Source: Lama guanicoe (taxonomy: Eukaryota). Taken from it: 64,000 nt of DNA. Where the stretch lies: positions 2,005,058-2,069,057 of the forward strand of contig MU053487.1 in the NCBI GenBank assembly GCA_013239625.1. Reading direction: 5' to 3'. Positions 14,863-27,004 of the stretch are shown in pieces. Every line of letters starts with the position of its first letter. Position 1 is the stretch's first letter. Both the position numbers and the translations under genes were made by a program. Under the pieces are notes generated by a model that was not told the origin of the DNA, did no database searches, and was given only the letters and a program-made list of their open reading frames with translations.

Positions 14863-16129
14863 ATCAATATGGCCTCAAAGGTGATGTTTTATGAAGCAAG
14901 ATGCATATATATAAAAAAATTATTTTCTCCCCACACCCCTCAAAACAGTCTGTGCTTATTTTATTTTATTTCTCACAGTAGAGGCCAGAAGGCTGGCTAT
15001 TGAGAAGAGAATGTTTTAAAAATGCAGGGGCTGTCACTTGGTGAAATAACTAGGGTTAGAAGGTTGGATAACCGTGGATAGACATTATCACCTGCTCGGT
15101 TTTCTCATTTGTGAAGTACAGAGGATGGACTGGTTTGCTTTTCCGAGATCTCTTTCAGCCCCAAAAGTCTGGGGCTGTGTGATGTGGAATCAGGGGGAAG
15201 TAAATCCCAAAGAATAAAACAGAAACAGAAGGAGAGAACAGAAAAAGAATACAGAAACAGAGGAATGGCTTCTCCAGTTTCCTAAGGATTCTTGGGGCAG
15301 ATACAGGACTCTGGAAGTTTTTTAATATTAAAAGAAAGCAAATGTAGTGGAAATTGTACATTTACTTAGAGGTAGGCTACTCAGTCAGATTATCTAAAAT
15401 ATCAGATTTTTTTTTGTATGAGTAAAATCACCTGGAGTGGGAAAACTAGTTAATCTAGAAACTATAATTGCAAAATAACTAGTTTGATGGATGGATATAT
15501 AAGTAGGAAGGTAGGTATGTAGGTAGGTGGGTGGATGGACGGAAGGACGGATGAATAGCCACAAGTTCCTCAAGCAAAGAAAGTGACGGTTTTGTATATC
15601 CTTACGTTCACTGATACAGGAAAACAAACCTTAACGTGTCTGCTCACTCGTTCATCTTCTAAACACTTAGCGAAACCCCTGCTCTTCATCAGCCTTGACC
15701 GTTGAATAAATCACACTCAAGAGTGGGAGATCCTCTCATTCTTAGCCGTTCCTTGTGTCTGGAGCACTCTGATTCCCCACTCAACAACACCCGGAACCTG
15801 CATCCTCACCCTCATCTCTTTCCCCTACTTAAGCCACCCTTTGGACTCAGTTGAGACATCAGTTCCTCAGAAAAAACCTTCCCCGACCACCCGTTAAATT
15901 TAAATGCCTCTAATTCTGCATCTTTCGATGTAGAACCATGGTGCTACAAATGTCCGTAATCCATCGTGTTTCACACTATTAGAGTAAACTCCAGCCTTAT
16001 CTGTATCCCCGCAATACCGGGTGCCCCAGGAGAGCAGGCATTTCTCTTTCCATCACCTCTGCACCCCCCAAATTCTAGTACAGGGTGTAACTGATAGTGA
16101 GCGCCCTATTAATATTCTGGAGGAGGCTT

Positions 16130-16390
16130 TTCGTTGGCCCTTTTTATTTGGTCTGTTCTCATTAGCATTTCTGGTTTACGAGCTCCTTCAGCTCCAAGTC
16201 TGGGGTACATGCAGCAAAACAAAACTCCCAGAAACTCACCCCTGTGTCAGTCCCTGGGTCCTGAAATCCCGAGCCTGTCTGCCTTCTTCTCTTCACCTGT
16301 CAGGGTGTTCTTGTGTTTGTTCTGCAGCCGTCCTTAGTGGGAAGACTAGGGAAAAGTGTATCTTCTCCATCTTCTCACAAGTGGAAGACT
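16130..16390 (-). mobile_element. Old L1M 5'-end fragment
   Basis: Ends ...tctccatcttctcacaagtggaag, the antisense of an L1M start (cttcc...aagatgg). Confidence 0.5.
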
Positions 16391-19300
16391 CGTCACTTTA
16401 TGTGGGCCGTTTATCTGCCACTCATAAACTGTCTAAATTGGTGTTTCGTGCGTAGCTCAGTGAGCTGGCCCCCTAGAAAGCCGCAGTCCTGCTCTGCAAT
16501 TATAAACTGTCCTTCTTCCCAAAAGGTAACCATTGTCCTTGAACTTCATATAAATTACGTAATATAATAGGTACTCTTTTTTGTCTGGCTTCTTTTTCTC
16601 TCCTTCTGTGACAGAATGCAAACGTCCAATAAACACATGACAAGGTGTTTTATTCATCATCAGTGAGTTGCAAATAAAGCCACAGTGATAAGATTTAAAA
16701 TAAGGCAGTAGCCATGCTGGAGAAAACAGCTAGAACCATAATTCCTGCTTATGCATTGGCATCAAAAGCCACATACGGGAATGTCCAAAGCAGTACTGTT
16801 CATGATGGAAACAACCTAACCATCAACAGATGATGAATTAAATAAATTATGACAGATTCACACAACCTAATTCTATATGACAACGAAAGAGGATATGTTC
16901 GGTAACATGGCCTTCATCCATCTTAAATGATCTTTACATATTTTACTTTTAATCTAGTTTAAAAAAATCAAACTGTTTCCTGAAATAAGTTAGAAAGAGG
17001 AAATATGCTACACACAATATGTTTTATGCAATTTAAAACACTCATACGCACAGATTAACTCCACATATTTTCCAATATGCATACGTATCTGAAATATATA
17101 TTTTAAAAACATGTTAGTGGGTGTCATTAAAGGAAGGGAATTTTGAGTGGGAATAGGGTTATACTGGGACAATTACCAAAACAAATTCAATGGGAAAGGA
17201 AAATGGTGACAATTCTAGGTCCCTTCAATACCCCCCAAGTAGCAATAATAAAACAAATAGCCCCGGGAAATATAAGCAGAGAAGTGTACTCATCCTAAGA
17301 TGCCAAGAATGACTTTTCTTCTGCTCCTTTTGGAAAACTACCACTTTCCTTCCAATATTAATTTTTTCCCCCTTTTGTGAACCTCCCCCTCGCTTCTCCA
17401 TAGAGTTAGCTCTCTTTTCCCCCGGCTCCCACGGCCCTCTCTTCATACACATGGTTACTCTTCGTCCCCAGCTCTGCCTTCCTTGTTAAGCTGGATTTTC
17501 CCTCTGGGTCAGGGAATATGCACTTACGTCTCTCTACTCCTGCAGCTCATGGAGCGCCTGGTGCACAGCAGGTCTTGGCGTCTGTCGATAAACAAATCAG
17601 TGAATAAAATAAGGACTTCACTTATTTAGACATCTCTACCTCATTTTCTAATGATCTCAGATACCTTCAAATCCATAATAACTCCTTAACCCCATGTCCA
17701 CACAAGAGGCAGAACCAACAAGACATGGTGACTCGCTAGATAAGTGGTGTTGAGGAAAAACAAATGGTAAAACAGAGCAGATCTTATTTAAAATCCAGGT
17801 GTGTATCTCATGGTCTACATGAGCAGCTCCCACTGCAATCTAAGAAACTCAGTGATCCCACGCAGTACAGAGTCACTAGCCAGCCTGGGCTTCCTCAGTG
17901 TCCTTGGACATGATGTGGTAGACTTGGGCATTTCAGCAGCGTGTATTTCAAGGAGGAAACGGGACTGAGATGCAGGCAACCACCCCCTCCAAAGGCCTGT
18001 TAAATAACCAGTCCATCGATGCCATCTCCCACTGTACCCTGCATCTGATGAGTTATCATGATTAACTAAGGAGACAAAATCCTCATCTTTCTGGCCAACT
18101 CTGCAAAAATTAAAGACAGATCTGTTTCCTAGGTCTAGGCACTGTGGCTAAGATTGCCTTGGCTATGGAGGGAAGAAACGGGCATTTAAGGCTTAAAGCC
18201 TGAGTCATCTTTTCCAGGCCAATTGTCAAGTGCCTGACGGATGGCTTGTGGCTGCCAAATGAGTTAATGGAGGAACACAGAGGGTTCCAGAAGGCAGAAG
18301 GACCGAGCAGTAACATAATCCCTCCCTGGAAAACATTGTAAAGAGAATTTCTGAGATTCATTGGCCCCCTCAGCATGACTCTATAAGCTTTTAGAGCATA
18401 GTTCAAAATAAGTGCTAAGCTTTACGGATAAAGAGCAGGAGCTATTATGCGTGTTTGCTGGAGTTCCCGTTCTGTGTTTTGAACGTCAGTCTTCAAGGGG
18501 TGACATTTAAGATGCATCGCAATTAACAGCATAAATGGAATATTCATAATCCTTTAGAGGTTGTCCATGTGCAAGTTACACATATATTTGAATTGTAGGG
18601 CCCCATCTACCAAATGGGTTCCTGCTTCCCAGGGAACCAGGGCTCTGTGTCTGGTTTCCTGGCAGGAGGATTCTCTGTGTGTCTCTCAGAACTCTCTGAA
18701 CACTGACGTTTCTTACCCTGCGGCCCACTTCATCTTCCAGAAATCCTCGAGATGCTTTGTTTCTTCCTTCTGTTACTAACTAGTGCTATTCCCCCCCTGG
18801 CTGACTGAGATCCAACTTTCCCCAGGAGCCATTTGTAAAAGCACCTAAAACTATTATTCAGAGAATTTCTCCAGCCTTTCCCTTTTTTGAGCATGGTCTC
18901 CGTGATCAGTAAATGTCAGTCTCAAAGAAAAGAAACTGGTTTTCTCAGACCCAAACCAGAACACCCCTACACAAACACCCTTCCATGTCTGTATTGATAC
19001 TGTACATTCTTCTGAAGATTCCGTCCAGAAAAAGTGTAGGCCACCTTTCAGATTCCACTGGAACCTTCCAGAACATCCCTTCCACTTGGTGGGCACCATC
19101 CTTTCCCTCCTTGTGCTCTCAAACCCGGCGTGCAGGCCTCTCATACAGCAGCGATCACACTAAGTGAGACAGTTGATGTACATGTCGGGAGCCTGAGGTT
19201 CAGAGTCTGAAGATGTGGCCAGAATCCCTACTGCGCACCCACTGTGTCCTGTTAGGGAGGTCATAACGCCTCTCAGGCTTCCGCTGACCTCATCTATAGA

Positions 19301-22300
19301 ATGGGGCTAACAGAACTTATGTTTCCAAGTTGATATGTAAGAATAAGAGAGAATGAGTTTTTAATTTCTCTCTAACAGTCCTTAGCAAAAAGCATAAATG
19401 ATTCTTCATGAATAAATCATGGGGCATTATACAGTGGAATATACACTCATTAAAACGGATAATGTACACGTATATTCATGGATGCAGAACGATCTCTATG
19501 GCATATTACTGAAGGGAAAGGAAGTTACAAAAACATTTCATTCCCTGAGATCATTTTTATGTAAATATATATAAATCTAGAACATACCCATATATGTAGG
19601 TGCTTCTAGAAGGAGGCTTACAAAATCTCTAATAGTTATTTCTGGAAGGTGAGGGAATTTCGGAAGGTTTTTACTTTCTTCCATATTCTTTTTGAATAGT
19701 GCCTGAATAATGATAAAGCTCTTATTTTGGAAATGAGTCTTTAGCAATACTATGCATAATATCACGATAAGTTTGAAGACATGGAAAAGAAATCTGTGCT
19801 GCTGGCAGGTTGGTCATAGGTTCCAAAGCTGAATAAAGCAAAGACCGTTGGGGTTGGTGGGCACGTAAGCAGACACGGGTTCATTGTACCACCTATTAGT
19901 TGACTTTGGACAAGTATTTAACGTAGGTGAGCTTCCATTTTCCCCTCTAATAAAAACAAAACAGATTTTTATTTGATCTACAAGTTCCTCTCCAGCACTG
20001 ACATTTGATCTTTCATTCATTTAACACACATTCACTGAGCACCTATCGTACACGCACCTAAATGTCAGAGATACGTGATGAAGAAGAGAGACCAGGCCCT
20101 TGACCTCATGGAGCTTACATTCTAAAGGACACCGAGCAAGAAGGGAAAGAAGCAGGATGTTTCAGCCGTTGGATGCCGAGGTCTGCTGGCCATGGGGAAT
20201 GATGGGGTGGGGGGGTGGATTCTCAGCTGCAGGGCACAGCAGCGAAGATCGAAGCTGGGAGCGGGAACAGACCAGGCATTTCTGAAGAGCAGAAAGGCCA
20301 GGGTGAGCTGAACCCTGTGCCTCTTAAAACTGTGACCCTGAACGCATGGAAGAGAATACATAAAGGGAAATGCTAATGACCAGCCAAGAAGAAACTTTAG
20401 GTATTTCCTGCCTGTGACCTCCTCAGATAGGAGATATTAATAATTTCAGAAATGTGGAAAAGATCCGCTTTTGATAACTGTGTGTGCATTTGGCTGTAAT
20501 GAACAGAAAAACACAGCTCACACAGGGCTTCTTAGCCCTTCGGGACTTGAGGAAACCAAAGCTGAGATCAAATCAATTGTGTAAGTTCTCACTGCTTTTC
20601 AGTGGAAGAGCTGGAATATTTGGAGTTTAAGTTCATGGCCCTTCCACTAAACGGAGAATCAAGATTCACGTCATCCTCCATCTCACAGGGGCTACGACCA
20701 GCTAGAAGCAGCCCATGTCTGCTCTGTTTAGAGAGAAGAGGCAGACCTTAACCAGAAAGCAGCTGCGTGCCACGTGGACCTCGTGCCCTCTTCCAGGCGT
20801 CTCCAGTGGGAGACGATTCCGGTGCAGCCAACGGTGCCGTTCAGATATTACCTCAGTGTTCGTGTTGCTCTTGTTCTTATTAATTAGAAAAGACACTTAG
20901 AAAAGACAAGGTGGTACGGATGTAAGCCGGATCATACTCACCCTGACGAATCTCCGAATTTAAAGACGGGCTGTGGTGCTGAGGAGAGACCCGTCCTGAG
21001 TTGCTGTGAGGACTGCAGTTGGCACGAACAGTTGCTCAGAGTAGGGGCTGTTGTGTTGTTGTTGTTGTGTTGTTGGCTGTAAGACTTGGGGCAAAGCACT
21101 GGATTTCTCTGGGCTTGAAGGCAGTTGCATCGGGGCAGCCAGAGGGTGACAATGGATGCAGGACTCCCGGCCCTTCCTTACAGGCTGAACGCCTCGTTTG
21201 TCTTGGCCCCTCGGCTTCGAAGTGTAGATGTGGTTCTTACTAAGTGATGGTAAAAGAATGGAGCAGGCAGGCCTTCATTCTGTGAAGACTCTCCCTGCGT
21301 CTTCCATCATGCCTCTGCCTCTCAGGCTGCATCTCTCCTTCCCTTGAAGACCGGCTGCCTCTTCACCAAATCCGGGTTCTGCTGTTGTTTGGGGGCCAGC
21401 AGAGCGGAGCCGAAACTCGACCCCGGAGCGGGATACATCTGAGTTCAAATCCTGACCCCGTGCTCACGGTGGAATCTAGGATAACTATCTTGATCATGTT
21501 AAGGTTTTGTAGAGATTAAATGAAATATCATATAGAAAAATGTCTATAGCATAGGAGAAGCCCAAGGCATGTTAGCCATTATTATCAAGGACCTAATTGC
21601 CAAACCCTATGCCCTTCTCATATGTCTCATTATCCATGATGACTCTGATGCATCAGATGGTGAAGGAGAGCCACTCCATCACTGAGACCCCCTCTCCTTT
21701 CTCCTTGTCGGTTCTCCACCCCTGGACAGTCTGACCATCCCCCCTTTTTCCTTCCTTTGCTGTTCTCTTTTGTACCCTTCGTAAGCACGGCTGTTCTAGT
21801 TAAAGTAGGCTTGGTAGAATCTTTTTACCAAGTGGCTCTACAAGAAGCCAAAGTCCACAGAATGAAGGTCCAGTTGCTTTACCCAAACTTGGGGCAGAGC
21901 AACGGGGGAAAGTTCAAAGCATTATCCACGCGTCTGCTCGGCAGTGTGACTGTTAAAGGCAGTCACATACGATCAGGAGGAGGGCTTTGCTGTCTTTACA
22001 GATTAACAAATGAGTAAATGAACCCAGAGTGGAAGCTTCCAGTTCAAGTATGAGGATAAATTTCTGCACGCCTCCCACTCCTGCTGGGTAGATATTTAAC
22101 CAGTAACCAGAGTGAAATGGACCATGAAGGGAAGCTACAAAAGTCACAGGGTCCTGCTGCTGGCTCGAGACTTAGGATAATTCTCTGGAACTTGAATTTC
22201 CCAACCTCCAGTGGAAAAGAGGTCATCCTGACAGCTATGGCTGAAATGTCACTGCAGCTTCTAAAGCAGGACTTCCAGTCTTCTGTGAGGTCTCACCCCA

Positions 22301-23191
22301 GTCTCATCCTGAAGGGGCATCTCCCGCAGGACCATGAAAAAGTAGACTCCCGCTCAGGGATATCAGTGCTTTATCAGGTGTCCTCTGGGAATCACTTTAC
22401 TGGTCTACCATCCACTAACCTCCAGTTCATGGAGCCCGTCAGTCCTCTGCAGCGTCCTCTGGGCATCCCTTTCAGTACATCAGTGTCCCCTCAGTACCAG
22501 CTTAAGGCTGGCTTTCATGACCGCTTGGGAGGACCCTCATCACGCCAGGACCTGAAATTAAGCATGATCATCTGGCTCCCACAGCAGCAGTGTCTGTGAC
22601 TCCAGCCTCAAGGCCTCCTACACAGACTGCGCCCCCCATTTCTGCCAACAGTGCACAGACTCAGAGAAAGCGCCTCTGTTCCCTGAGAGGATCTGTGGAC
22701 CTAACGACCTTTGTGCAGACCCCTGCCCCCACAAACCAGTGAACCCCACATTCTCAGACAGTATGGCTCGCAGTTTAAGATCCTCTCTTAAACCAATACA
22801 GACAGAATCTTCAACATCAAGAAGCTTATTTGATTTTAAATTCCAGCATTTTCTGGAAGCATCCAGGGTCTTTCTCCATTCAGTGTGCTCAGGACAATTG
22901 GAGTAATGAGCGCCTAGGCCATCTTAGAGCTCAGGGGGCTGCAGGAGCAGTCTCCTCTCACCACAAGCTGCGGGCTGAGGAGCGGGATGAACTCGGCGCG
23001 GTCCTGGCCGAGTGGAGCTCAGAGCCCCGCGGGAGGACAGGGGACTTTGTCACTGATCACTCAGGGAAGGTTGCCATTGTTTCAGAGTCCAGATTCGTTC
23101 TGCTGGCCACACGACAGGCCCAAATAAGATATTGGCTTCATTGGTTTTCTCTCTTGTTATTCTGTTTTTAATTCAGTTGACTTCTGCTCTT

Positions 23192-24240
23192 TTTTTATTG
23201 ATTTATAATCATTTTACAATGTTGTGTCGAATTGTAGAGCACAATTTTTCAGTTATACATGAACATACATATATTCATTGTCACATTTTTTTTCGCTGTG
23301 AGCTACCCCAAATCTTGTATATATTTCCCTGTGCTATACAGTACAGTANNNNNNNNNNNNNNNNNNNNNNNNNNNNNNNNNNNNNNNNNNNNNNNNNNNN
23401 NNNNNNNNNNNNNNNNNNNNNNNNNNNNNNNNNNNNNNNNNNNNNNNNNNNNNNNNNNNNNNNNNNNNNNNNNNNNNNNNNNNNNNNNNNNNNNNNNNNN
23501 NNNNNNNNNNNNNNNNNNNNNNNNNNNNNNNNNNNNNNNGCCCAGGAGCAGGATTCCTGGGTCATATGGTAAGTCTATTCCTAGTCTTTTGAGGAATCTC
23601 CATACTGTTTTCCACAGTGGCTGCACCAAACTGCATTCCCACCAGCAGTGTAGGAGGGTTCCCTTTTCTCCACAGCCTCTCCAGCATTTGTCATTTGTGG
23701 ATTTTTGAATGATGGCCATTCTGACTGGTGTGAGGTGATACCTCACTGTACTTTTGATTTGCATTCTCTGATAATTAATGACATTGAGCATTTTTTCATG
23801 TGCCTATTGATCATTTGTATGTCTTCCTTGGAGAATTGCTTGTTCAGGTCTTTTGCCCATCTTTGGATTGGGTTGTTTGGTTGTTTCTTATTAAGTCGTA
23901 TGAGCTGCTTATATATTCTGGAGATCAAGCCTTTGTCAGTTTCATTTGCAAAGATTTCCTCCCAATTAAAAGAACAAGAGAAATCCCCTGAAAGAACGAT
24001 CAATGAAATAGACATCCATAGCCTACTAGATCAAGATTTCAAAAAAGGAGTGATCAAAGTATTGAAGAAACTAAAAGAGATAGTGTTTAGAGATATAAAA
24101 TATGTCAAAAATGAAATCGAAGCTATAAAGAAGAACCAAGTAGACTTGGTTAACTCATTGGCTGAAATGAGAACAGATCTAAAGGCTGTGCAAAGCAGAG
24201 TAGATAATGCAGAGGAACAAATTAGTGACCTAGAAGACAG
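23192..24240 (-). mobile_element. Young L1 with 5' inversion, inserted in an older L1M fragment
   Basis: Minus-strand 3'UTR/ORF2 end (23192-23964) joined to plus-strand ORF1 ([12 protein letters not shown]...[16 protein letters not shown]). 13-bp TSD gacttctgctctt at 23179-23191 and 24241-24253, TT/AAGA endonuclease site. Contains an N-gap. Confidence 0.9.
23349..23539. other. Assembly gap (191 N)
   Basis: Run of N inside an L1. Confidence 1.
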
Positions 24241-24391
24241 GACTTCTGCTCTTAACTATAGTGTTCCCTTCCTTCCCCTTTTGCTCTTCTTTTTCTAGTT
24301 CCTTAAGGCAGAAATTTAGGTCGTTGATTTGAGGTCTTCTTATATAACTTCTACCACATGAGAGGTTCCTGTCTTTTTTTTTTTCCCCAAT

Positions 24392-25314
24392 TGTTTTCCT
24401 GAATCAGACTCATAATTAGGTGAAATATACATGTTAAGGGGTAACTGTGTATCCCAGAAAAATAAAAGGCACCCCATAGGCAAAGGATTGATTGAAGAAG
24501 CCACCTGGGGGAAGCCCTAGCATTAGTCCCAGGCTAGAAGAAGTCTCAAGCCTTCCCAGTACTGCAGCCACACTATTTGGAAATGGCTTTGCAGAGATGG
24601 AAGATGCGAGTACTGCATCAGTTATTCTCCCTAGAAAACACATGGCAATAAACCCTGGTCCTTCTGGAACTTGGTCCAATACACCAAAGAGAATTATAAT
24701 TCCTCCTGAGACAAACCTTCCTGCTACAAACATAAATTTTGCTCCAATATGTAAAAGATATTTTCCAAATACCAGAGATACCAGCAAGTCAAACAAAGCA
24801 TAACTTCCAAAGATCATACCAATTACTGTATTGTTTGACTCCTTTCTTTTCAGCCTCCTTGGGGAAAAGAGTCCAAGGATAGAACAGCACATCATGGAAC
24901 CCAAGTTAATGGAAGCTGCTGACTTTAGGACAAAAATTGGTTCTCTTGAAAGCCACCTGGGTGTTTCCCTTGCACTTCCTGGAGGGCCATTACCCCTTAA
25001 TGTGCAAGACTAAGGCAGGTCCTAAGAGCATGTAGCGTCATGCTGTGATTAAGTTTCCAAAACCCAGAAGCCACTTCCTTAGATGTGGCATTTTATCACC
25101 ATGTAGGCCCCATGGTGGTGAAGAAATGGCTTAGGATCATGCCAAACCCAGGAGTACGAGTCCCACATATCCAGCTGGTAAATTAAAATTCTCTATAACA
25201 AAGAGGGACATCTTAGGACCAAGGAAGCCAAAACATGAGCTGAGTGAGGTGATGGTGAAGAATATAGGGTGACCTTGGGTAAAGTGATGGGTTTCCAGAA
25301 TAAGTGTTTCCCTG
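24392..25314 (-). pseudogene. SLC18B1: Intronless, circularly permuted SLC18B1 (MFS-type transporter) retrocopy; candidate circRNA-derived pseudogene
   Basis: Minus-strand translations GSMMCCSILGLFS...IGAKFMFVAG...VSGG, and SLSSCFGFLGPKMSLFVIENFNLPAGYVGLV...RKWLLGFGNLITA*RYMLLGP, match recalled SLC18B1. Contains stops, frameshifts and small deletions and has no introns. The aa~224-330 block (25314-24994) lies upstream of the aa~15-226 block (24993-24392). Confidence 0.93.
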
Positions 25315-26980
25315 TTGATTAACACTTTAAAAGCAACTTCTACCAGTGGAGAAGGGTTCATTCCAAGTGTATCATCTAATTTTTTGCAATCTTCTTACAT
25401 TTACCATTCTAGCATTTCCAGGGGCCTCAGGATCTGCTATAGACAGATGATAAATCCTTTCCAAAAATTTAGGGAGGTCTTCATTTAGTTTTGCTGGATT
25501 TCTTTAATTTTGTTAAACCCAGTCTGCTGGCTGTTTGCATTTAGGCCCCCCGTGGGATAGTGGAGCAGGGGAAATTGTCCTGTGCTGGGAGTGGTTCCTG
25601 GTCCAGACTGGGTGCCCTGTCAGGTCTTAGATGACAATACCAGACCAGGTCCCTGTGCCCCAGGAACTAACACAGGATTTTCTAATTGATCCCTATAAGG
25701 CAAGGGAGCCAGTCCGACCACTTCCTGAGCTCCAGTGTCGGGAATTGGGGCTGACTATTCAGGAACGGGAGGCAGTGGGGGGGTGGATACTTTGGACAGT
25801 GAGCTCAGCCGAAAGAGTTAAGGTTTGAAGCAATATATCCTGTCCTTCCTTTCCTTTTCTTACTTTCCCTAATGTAATAGCACAAATGCTTGCACATAGG
25901 GAAGTTTATCATTCTTCCCTCTTTTTCAAAGAATGTCTATAATTGCAGGGTTGTATAGAGCCATTCAAAGGCCACCATTCCTCAGCGTTTTATCGTAAAA
26001 TCATAAATAGCAGCTGATCCTCTCTAATCATTTTTGCCGTGGCATCAACCGCCAGGGCTGAATTCTGGGCTGGGGCTTTTGGTGATTTTAGGAACCAGGT
26101 GGAACCTTTATATTCTTCCTGGGAACGTCCCTCTCTCAGACAAGAACAGACAGCTTTTGTTTTGTTTCGTTTTTTGTTTTTCCTGTTCCTTTCCTCTATT
26201 TGACATCAGTAAAAATTTAAGTATCATAAAACTGATTTGTCTGTAAATGGAGAAATAGTACCAGAACAAAATGAAGCGAAAAACCCAAAGGACAAATAGA
26301 AAACTCTGACTAAATGCTCAAGTCTGGTCTTGGAGTTTTGCATATACCAGTGACACAGGAGACCACACAAATGGTCTAATTAACATGGCAAGAGTGGCAG
26401 TATATGGGGATTAACCTGCATAAACCCCTTGTAGGGATCCGGGCAGGTACTATGGCCACACATTGTTCCTCTTCCTCTTAGGCATGGGTTCTTAGTTATT
26501 CTCAGACCACTTATCCAAAATGCACCTCAGAGGACTTTCTTTCGGGAGAGTTGAAATATTCCGCATTTTTTAAAGACAGAAATACAAGACAAACAATATA
26601 CAAGCAATGCACACAAATGCTAGCATCCAAAGAAAGCAAGGAACTGGTTCACAAATCAGGTAAAAGTCCAGCAACTATTTTGTCTCTCCAGCAGGGTACC
26701 CCACTCACAAAACAAACTGGCTTATTCCAGAGAAAAAAGCCCCAAACATAGAGGTAAACAGTTTCCAGCTGTACACACCAGAGCGGCTTATCCTACCTAT
26801 TGTATGGAGCCTGTCAGCTCCCAGATGTCAATTTCTTGCTCCAACTTCCAAGCACTGGGGCGGCTGGTGCCGTTTTGGAACATTTTGAAGGGAAGATCCT
26901 CAGGACAAGTGGTCCTGGCAGCTGCTTGGGCCTTACCCCAAAATTCCCAAGCCAGGGCTGCCTGGCCATGAGCAGCAGGG
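25315..26980 (-). mobile_element. ERV1 internal region: leader and decayed gag
   Basis: Decayed gammaretroviral gag motifs on the minus strand: WPLNGS...LPYVQAF (~25880-25980), MHR-like NKIKEIQQ/LNEDLPKFLERIY (~25450-25515), ADPEAP, and the capsid end GMNPSPLVEVAFKVLINRE abutting the SLC18B1 copy. No pol, env or 3' LTR seen. Confidence 0.8.
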
Positions 26981-26999
26981 CCCCCGGCTGGCTTCCTCA
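26981..26999 (-). other. Degenerate primer-binding site, tRNA-Arg type
   Basis: Minus strand TGAGGAAGCCAGCCGGGGG directly after the LTR end, compared with canonical TGGCGAGCCAGCCAGGAG (complement of the tRNA-Arg-ACG 3' end). Confidence 0.6.
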
Positions 27000-27004
27000 A
27001 AATT

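Noticed and set aside
22117..22599. 160-aa ORF in non-repeat DNA
   Set aside because: No family recognised, and a faint histone H2A-like impression did not hold up.
24434..24904. 156-aa MFS-like ORF as a functional transporter
   Set aside because: It is a fragment of a permuted retrocopy with indels and flanking stops, and lacks the C-terminal helices.
25137..25361. Gag-SLC18B1 fusion ORF
   Set aside because: Only 74 aa, partly out of frame and ending at a premature stop. It is useful only as junction evidence.
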